A stretch of 31,803 nt of DNA from assembly GCA_030668825.1 (NCBI GenBank), contig DAOVET010000025.1, positions 1 through 31,803 of the forward strand, written 5' to 3'. A program made the translations under genes and the position numbers. This DNA comes from Candidatus Heimdallarchaeota archaeon (lineage in GTDB: Archaea; Asgardarchaeota; Heimdallarchaeia; Heimdallarchaeales; Heimdallarchaeaceae). Shown here piece by piece: positions 26,198-31,803 of this stretch (positions are counted from its first letter, which is position 1; each line of letters begins with the position of its first letter). The notes beneath the pieces are model-generated. The model was not told the origin of the DNA, searched no databases, and worked only from the letters and a program-made list of their open reading frames with translations.

Positions 26198-27655
26198 ATG
26201 ATAGATTTATCTGTTGACAGCAAACATTTGGAAGAATCAGTCAAAAGAGCTAAAGAGAAAAATATTATAATACCCACTTTCGCTCAACAAAAAGATCCAA
26301 AACTTATACCTTCGTTTGTGTTAGAAGAACTTAAAGAAATTGGTCTATGGGATGTACATCCTAGGAACTTATTTAGAATCACCTGGAAAAATGAACCCAT
26401 AGTTAAGGGAGGAGGTTTCGATGGTGTCAATTATATTGAATTACCTCCTGAATTGACAGGAGTAGAAGCGCGAATTATAGCCTTAGTAGGTAAATACTTT
26501 CCAACAGGTTCGCACAAAGTTGGTGCAACTTTTGGTTGCTTAGTACCTCGTTTGGTAACTGGTCAATTTAATCCTGTAATCCATAGAGCAGTTTGGCCAA
26601 GTACTGGAAATTATTGTAGAGGTGGTGCATATGATTCTACACTCCTTTCTTGTGAATCTATAGCGATCCTCCCTGAAGAAATGTCTGCAGAAAGATTTGA
26701 ATGGTTAAGATCTGTTGCAGGTGAAGTAATTAAGACGCCAGGGAGTGAGAGTAATGTTAAGGAAATCTTCGATAAGGTTTGGGAATTAAAGAAAACTAGA
26801 GATAATATCTTTGTTTTCAATCAGTTTGATGAGTTTGGGAATTATCTGTGGCATTATGATGTTACTGGAAATGCAATAAAAGAAATCTTAGACACAGAAT
26901 TAAATGGTGATAATCTACATGGTTTGGTTTTAACCACAGGTTCAGCAGGAACCCTTGCATGTGGTGATTTTCTCAAAAAGATCTATCCTCAGATGAAGGT
27001 TGTAGCAGGCGAAGCTCTTCAATGCCCAACAATGTTAATGAACGGTTATGGAGCTCACACAATTGAAGGTATAGGTGACAAACATATCCCTTGGATTCAT
27101 AATGTGAGGAACACAGATTTAGTAATTGCAGTCGATGATAAAGATACACAGCAAATTATGAGATTATTTAACGAACCTGCAGGTCATAAGTATCTGAGAG
27201 AACAGTGCGTTTCAGATGAGATAGTTAATCAATTGCATCTATTAGGGATATCAAGTATAGCTAACATGTTAATGGCTATAAAATACGCTAAATATTTTGA
27301 ACTAACAGACAAAGATGTAGTTGTTACAGTTTTTACTGATTCAATGGAGCTCTATCAATCAAGATTGATTGAAATGAACGAGGGACAAGGAGTTTTTACT
27401 AGCAACGATGCATTACGTACCTTTCATTCAAATCTCTCGGGGCAAAGAACAGATAACATGCTTGAACTTAATTACTTACAAAGAAAAAGAATTCATCATT
27501 TGAAGTATTATACCTGGATTGAACAACAAGCCAGAGATCTAGATGAGCTCAATTCTCAGTGGTACGAACCCGATTATTGGGAATCAATTCAAAATTCAGT
27601 GAATCCAATAGATGAGTTAATTGTATCTTTTAATGAAAAAGTAGAGAAAATTTGA
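26198..27655 (+). CDS. PLP-dependent fold-type II enzyme (cysteine synthase / TrpB superfamily), substrate unknown
   Basis: FPTGSHKVGA (PLP lysine), PSTGNY, NQF, TGSAGT, IEGIGDKHIP and GISS. ATG at 26198 is preferred over TTG at 26177. Confidence 0.85.
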   Translation: MIDLSVDSKHLEESVKRAKEKNIIIPTFAQQKDPKLIPSFVLEELKEIGLWDVHPRNLFRITWKNEPIVKGGGFDGVNYIELPPELTGVEARIIALVGKYFPTGSHKVGATFGCLVPRLVTGQFNPVIHRAVWPSTGNYCRGGAYDSTLLSCESIAILPEEMSAERFEWLRSVAGEVIKTPGSESNVKEIFDKVWELKKTRDNIFVFNQFDEFGNYLWHYDVTGNAIKEILDTELNGDNLHGLVLTTGSAGTLACGDFLKKIYPQMKVVAGEALQCPTMLMNGYGAHTIEGIGDKHIPWIHNVRNTDLVIAVDDKDTQQIMRLFNEPAGHKYLREQCVSDEIVNQLHLLGISSIANMLMAIKYAKYFELTDKDVVVTVFTDSMELYQSRLIEMNEGQGVFTSNDALRTFHSNLSGQRTDNMLELNYLQRKRIHHLKYYTWIEQQARDLDELNSQWYEPDYWESIQNSVNPIDELIVSFNEKVEKI

Positions 27656-27666
27656 AGTTTTCGAGC

Positions 27667-27712
27667 ACAAATCTGGGGGTTTGTGATTACCCTTCATTAC
27701 ACCTTTTTTTCA
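27667..27712 (+). terminator. Hairpin plus oligo-T downstream of the PLP enzyme gene
   Basis: CACAAA...TTTGTG stem at 27667-27686, followed by a T7 run near 27704. Confidence 0.35.
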
Positions 27713-27899
27713 TTCTTGTCTATAGGCCTGTTTTAGTTTCTCGTTTTCTTTCCCCTTTCTTAATTGCTCTCTCTCTAATCAGTATCTGTAAAACAACTAT
27801 CTAACCGACTTTTTATATCAATTTACTCTTTTTCTAAAAATCACTATCAATTTTTTCCTCGTATATAAATGAAAGTACAGATTATACTTTGAAGAACAT

Positions 27900-28715
27900 A
27901 TGACCGAAGTCATTAGAGGAGATACTAAGGAATTGAAAAAAGATTTGATATCTTCACTAATTGACGTAGAAATAGATTCAAAAGAGAAGTTTCTTCGATC
28001 ACTTGAAAAGCAGGAAGAGAAAGTACAAATATGTATTGATGAGATGATTGAAGTTCTTCAAGAACATGTCCCTAGAGAGTTTCTTATTCAAGCCGTAACT
28101 CAATTTGAGAACCTTCAACTATTATTAATTGTTAAGAAATTAAATAATAGCAAACACTTCACAAGAAATCAGATAACAGTTAACTTTCTTGCAATTCTTG
28201 ATAACCTGTTAGCGTCTGCCTATGATAAATTATCTCAATCTCATTTTAACATCCTTAGGGAAAATATGCTGGGTTTAAGCGGAGGAAAATCATTCAGCTA
28301 TAATGAAATGAAAAAAATTCAGATTGAATTAATACAGAAGGGTTACATATCCAAAATAAGGAAGTTAGGGTATACACTACGACTAAAGGACCAATATTGT
28401 CAGATAATTAATCATATGATGTCAATATATCCTCAACATCTGGAAAAACTGAGTGCCATGGAAATTAAGGGGTATGATTTAGTTCATTCAAAATCTATTC
28501 CTAAAATTGAAGTAACACAGTCAGCAGCTGTAGTTGTAGGTTCATTAATTGCGGACTATTTTAAGAAAAAAGATGAACAAACTCTGTTATGGAAGTATCT
28601 TGAAAATATAACAAATGAAGAGGAAGAAAAGATAAAGAGAAAGGTGTATCGTTTCAAATCTAATTTGAAAAATGAAAACGACAACTCAAATATATTTAGC
28701 TATAATCTCAAATAA
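27900..28715 (+). CDS. Hypothetical protein, possibly with a central winged-helix-like segment
   Basis: 271-aa ORF with TATATAAA upstream at about 27863; SYNEMKKIQIELIQKGYISK...YTLRL resembles a helix plus wing. Confidence 0.65.
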   Translation: MTEVIRGDTKELKKDLISSLIDVEIDSKEKFLRSLEKQEEKVQICIDEMIEVLQEHVPREFLIQAVTQFENLQLLLIVKKLNNSKHFTRNQITVNFLAILDNLLASAYDKLSQSHFNILRENMLGLSGGKSFSYNEMKKIQIELIQKGYISKIRKLGYTLRLKDQYCQIINHMMSIYPQHLEKLSAMEIKGYDLVHSKSIPKIEVTQSAAVVVGSLIADYFKKKDEQTLLWKYLENITNEEEEKIKRKVYRFKSNLKNENDNSNIFSYNLK

Positions 28716-28835
28716 TTCATTTACAATTAAGTTAAGGCCCCTCATCCCAAAGAATTTTCTTTTAGCAGTCTGCATTAATTCATTTCATCAGATTTATATA
28801 GTTCCCTAGAAGTGCGTTAAATATTATTTTGGAAC

Positions 28836-30347
28836 GTGGACATCTTGAATACTGATGGAACAGACCCACCAAATACATCTAAATCTCCATTAGATGAGGG
28901 GAGTTCTGTTGAACCAACATCTGAAACAGTAAGATCTCCGGATGCTGAACCTACTTACCTAGATGTATTCAAAAATAAAGATTTCATGAAATTGTTGTCC
29001 GGTCAATTCTTTAGCAATTTTGGTGATGCAATATTTAGAATATCCATCATGTTTTTTGTCTATCGTATGACAGGATCAGCTACAGCTATGACATTAGTCC
29101 TAGCAGCTCAAACCATCCCATGGATAATTGTCGGTCCCATCGCAGGTGTTTTTGCAGATAGAGTAAGTCGAAAAGCAATCATGATTGGAGCAGATATAGT
29201 AAGAGGGGTATCTATTCTAATGCTTCCACTCCTCCCTTATGTCTTTTCAACCAACACAATCATTTATGGTGTGGTAGTTATTACTTTCATTCTCGGTGCT
29301 GCTTCCGCTACCTTTGTTGCTCCCCGTTCTGCAGCAATACCTGAGATAACAGGATTGAGACTTTATGTCAAAGCTATATCCCTCAGCCAATTAGTCTTTC
29401 AAACATTAGCTGTGCTTGGACCAATTTTTGCTGCACCAATTTACGTTTTATTAGGAGAACAAACATTCTGGATAACAAGTGGTTGTTTCTTCGTTTCAGC
29501 TGTGATTATTTACTTTACAACTATACCTTCAGCTTCAAGAGATAAGAAAGAGAAAATAAGTTTCAAATTAGTTTTCAGTGATTTGAAGGATGGATTCGCG
29601 TTTTTAATAAAACATCCAACTGTTAGACTGTTAATTTTCTTATTTACTTTCTTGATAATTGGAACAGCATTTGCTGGACCTCTTCTACTTCCATATCTCT
29701 TTGAAATAAAACATAATGCTGTAGCAATTCAGTATTTCAATGTTCCATCAACTGTATTCAGAGGAGCTAATCCTGCATATTTAGCTACACATTACTTTGG
29801 GGTATCACAAGCAGTTTTCGAAGATTATCAATTTTCATTTATGGAAGTTTTGAGAAATCTCTCTGACAAACAATATGGTTTTCTTGGGGCGAGTAGCGCC
29901 TTTGGGTCAATTGTAGGAAATCTTATTTTTGGAAAATTCGAGAAAAAAATAGGGAGGTCAAGAGCAATATTGCTTGGGTCAATAGCAATTGCTGGGTATT
30001 ATTTTGTGTTCTTCTTCAAACCAGGATTCATTGTTCTACTTTTTGCAGGTTTAACTATGGGCTTTTTCAACGGAATGTTTAGTTTGGCTATCAATGCTTT
30101 ATTTGCTGAAAATGTTCCAAATGAAATTAGGGGAAGAGCTTATAGTGCAACGAATGCATACATACAAGTATTAAGCGTTGCATGTTTAGCATTATCAGGT
30201 TTAACTGCTGATTCAATAGGTTTGGTTATTACAATAACAGGATCTGGAATCTTTCTTCTTATCACAACTTTCATTATAGCAGCTTTGACTAAAGTTTATA
30301 GATTCGCAGCTGAACCTCCAAATCCGAATTTCGGTTTAGATAATTAA
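28836..30347 (+). CDS. MFS transporter (DHA3/macrolide-efflux-like)
   Basis: GQFFSNFGD, motif A (AGVFADRVSRKAIMIGADIVR), second-half EKKIGR and NVPNEIRGR; about 12 TM segments. Confidence 0.9.
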   Translation: MDILNTDGTDPPNTSKSPLDEGSSVEPTSETVRSPDAEPTYLDVFKNKDFMKLLSGQFFSNFGDAIFRISIMFFVYRMTGSATAMTLVLAAQTIPWIIVGPIAGVFADRVSRKAIMIGADIVRGVSILMLPLLPYVFSTNTIIYGVVVITFILGAASATFVAPRSAAIPEITGLRLYVKAISLSQLVFQTLAVLGPIFAAPIYVLLGEQTFWITSGCFFVSAVIIYFTTIPSASRDKKEKISFKLVFSDLKDGFAFLIKHPTVRLLIFLFTFLIIGTAFAGPLLLPYLFEIKHNAVAIQYFNVPSTVFRGANPAYLATHYFGVSQAVFEDYQFSFMEVLRNLSDKQYGFLGASSAFGSIVGNLIFGKFEKKIGRSRAILLGSIAIAGYYFVFFFKPGFIVLLFAGLTMGFFNGMFSLAINALFAENVPNEIRGRAYSATNAYIQVLSVACLALSGLTADSIGLVITITGSGIFLLITTFIIAALTKVYRFAAEPPNPNFGLDN

Positions 30348-30400
30348 GTTTTTTTTATGAAAAAACTAGATTTATTATCTGATTTGAGAATATTGAATTG

Positions 30401-30802
30401 ATGAAAACGAACATAACAAAAGAAAATCAAGATTTACTTCTTGGAAAGAATATTGCTAATGTTGCTACCATAAATCCAGGTGGCTCTCCCCAGGTTACTT
30501 CTATGTGGATTGATTACGATTTGAATAAAAATGAAATTCTTGTAAATACTGCAAAGGGATGAAAGAAAACAAGAAATATGACAGTAGGATCAAAGGTTGC
30601 TTTGAGTGTTCTTGATAGTTCTAATCCTTTTAGATATCTTGGAGTTCAAGGGGATATAATTGAGGTGACACAGGAAGGAGCTGAAAATCATATTAACAAA
30701 CTTGCTATGAAGTATATGGGTAAAGATAAGTATCCACTTCCTGAAGGTGAAATTAGGATTTTAATAAGGATAAAACCAAAATATGTTCACTCAATGGGTT
30801 AA
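30401..30802 (+). pseudogene. PPOX-class (F420-dependent-like) oxidoreductase interrupted by an in-frame TGA at 30560-30562
   Basis: One frame reads MKTNIT...ANVATINPGGSPQVTSMW...VNTAKG*KKTRNM...VALSVLDSSNPFRYLGVQG...HINKLAMKYMG; the ORF track shows only the 3' part. Confidence 0.85.
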
Positions 30803-30833
30803 TTTCCTCTTTCAGATAAAGGACTCAAGTAGA

Positions 30834-31355
30834 TTAAAGAAAACTATCTAATCCCTTTGTTCTTTTTTCTTGATCAAGTAACTGTTTCTTCCTTGGATTG
30901 TTTGCTTTTCCTGCAAATTTACCCAGTTTACCGCTTGAAAGAATAACACGATGACAAGGAATAATTGGACCAAATCTGTTTTTCATCATAACATTACCAA
31001 CAAACTGAGCAGCCCCCGGGAAACCTGCTTTAGCAGCCAGTTCACCATATGAAACAGTTTCACCAACAGGAACCTCAAATAGTGTTCTTAGTACCTTTTC
31101 TTCCTTTTCAGTAAAATCTGTAAAGTCAAACTCTATCTTAGGTAAATTATAATCGGTTCCATTTTCAATTCCGATTAAAGCTTTGATAAAAGGATGTTCA
31201 TTTTCCTCAACAGATACACCCTCACCTGCAAGTTCTGATAGATAAGAAACCGCCTCATCCTTGGTTTCAAATGAAGAAGCAGAATAGTTCAGTTTTCCCT
31301 TATTCAGCAGGATTCCTACCCAACTATCCTTATTTTTTGATATTATTGCTTTCAT
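30834..31355 (-). CDS. ogt: Methylated-DNA--protein-cysteine methyltransferase (MGMT)
   Basis: VPVGETVSYGELA, AAQFVGN and the active-site IPCHRV. The ATG at 31355 is chosen because the longer ORF runs into the divergent promoter. Confidence 0.92.
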   Translation of the reverse strand: MKAIISKNKDSWVGILLNKGKLNYSASSFETKDEAVSYLSELAGEGVSVEENEHPFIKALIGIENGTDYNLPKIEFDFTDFTEKEEKVLRTLFEVPVGETVSYGELAAKAGFPGAAQFVGNVMMKNRFGPIIPCHRVILSSGKLGKFAGKANNPRKKQLLDQEKRTKGLDSFL

Positions 31356-31414
31356 TATACCACAATTTTTTTCAATGATTTCACTATATAAATGATTATA
31401 CAAGGTGTTTCCTT

Positions 31415-31803
31415 ATGCCCTTATCTACATTGCGAATCAGTGAAAATTTAGCTAAATATCTACATAATAATTTTCCTGAAAATATGAACCCAGAGGTATT
31501 GGATGTTGTTCCTCTTGCAAAAGGATGGGAGACAGAGCTATTTTCTTTCATTTACAGTTATACGAAGGAAGGCAAGAAAGAGGAAAAAAAATTGATACTA
31601 CGTATGTATCCAGGTGAAAACATGGAAAGAAAAATATCTTGGGAATACAAGGTTCTCAAAACATTATATAATGCAGAATATCCAGTACCTAAAACATACT
31701 TGCTTGATTTGGATATCGATATTTTTGGTAACCCATTCATCATTATGGATAGAATTGAAGGAACAGATATGGGGGAAGACTTTACTAATGCACTTATGAA
31801 AAA
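31415..31803 (+). CDS. APH/choline-kinase-like phosphotransferase, truncated by the window edge
   Basis: Manual translation: MPLSTLRISENL...GWETELF...KLILRMYPG...EYKVLKTL...YPVPKTYLL...FGNPFIIMDRIEG. AGGTG RBS upstream; no stop before the window ends. Confidence 0.85.
   Translation, partial: MPLSTLRISENLAKYLHNNFPENMNPEVLDVVPLAKGWETELFSFIYSYTKEGKKEEKKLILRMYPGENMERKISWEYKVLKTLYNAEYPVPKTYLLDLDIDIFGNPFIIMDRIEGTDMGEDFTNALMK

Noticed and set aside
990-26820. Short antisense ORFs in the track (990-1190, 2156-2398, 3719-3925, 7270-7491, 8203-8418, 14521-14706, 15479-15685, 16876-17082, 17595-17810, 23041-23313, 23535-23753, 24739-24981, 25364-25573, 26611-26820) and the nested ORF 9915-10178
   Set aside because: All lie within or almost entirely overlap well-supported genes and have no motifs; they are shadow ORFs.
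30560-30562. Selenocysteine recoding of the in-frame TGA
   Set aside because: The aligned residue is normally Arg, not Cys, and I see no SECIS-like hairpin in the 31-nt downstream spacer.
31558-31799. Track ORFs 31558-31743 (-) and 31614-31799 (+)
   Set aside because: They are alternative frames of the APH-like gene starting at 31415.
1-31803. tRNA, rRNA, CRISPR array, transposase or integrase
   Set aside because: Intergenic regions are short and AT-rich, with no cloverleaf, periodic repeat or recombinase motif seen by eye; tRNAscan-SE and Infernal would be needed to exclude small RNAs.

Overview
AT-rich archaeal chromosomal window, almost certainly from an Asgard archaeon. The call rests on a Lokiactin-type actin, a longin-like domain protein, the archaeal pfdB-DUF3194-DHH cluster, archaeal-type LeuRS and GGTGA/GAGGT ribosome-binding sites; Heimdallarchaeia is only a guess. 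It holds about 26 genes and is mostly housekeeping and peptide/amino-acid metabolism: actin, prefoldin beta, ECF transporter, tmk, TldD and TldE, Mrp/Nbp35, LeuRS, bacterial/eukaryotic-type ThrRS, M20 peptidase, two PLP enzymes, an MFS transporter, MGMT and a partial APH-family kinase missed by the ORF track. I saw no tRNA, rRNA, CRISPR array or mobile element. The most interesting items are (1) a 7-TM membrane protein fused to a cytoplasmic longin-like domain, a candidate receptor coupled to small-GTPase regulation; (2) actin directly upstream of prefoldin beta; (3) a wHTH regulator fused to an S-layer-like alpha/beta domain; (4) a stand-alone FakA-type DAK2 gene behind a palindrome-rich leader; and (5) three broken genes that the ORF track misrepresents (internal deletion, -1 frameshift, in-frame TGA). 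All family assignments come from motif recognition by eye; no searches were run.
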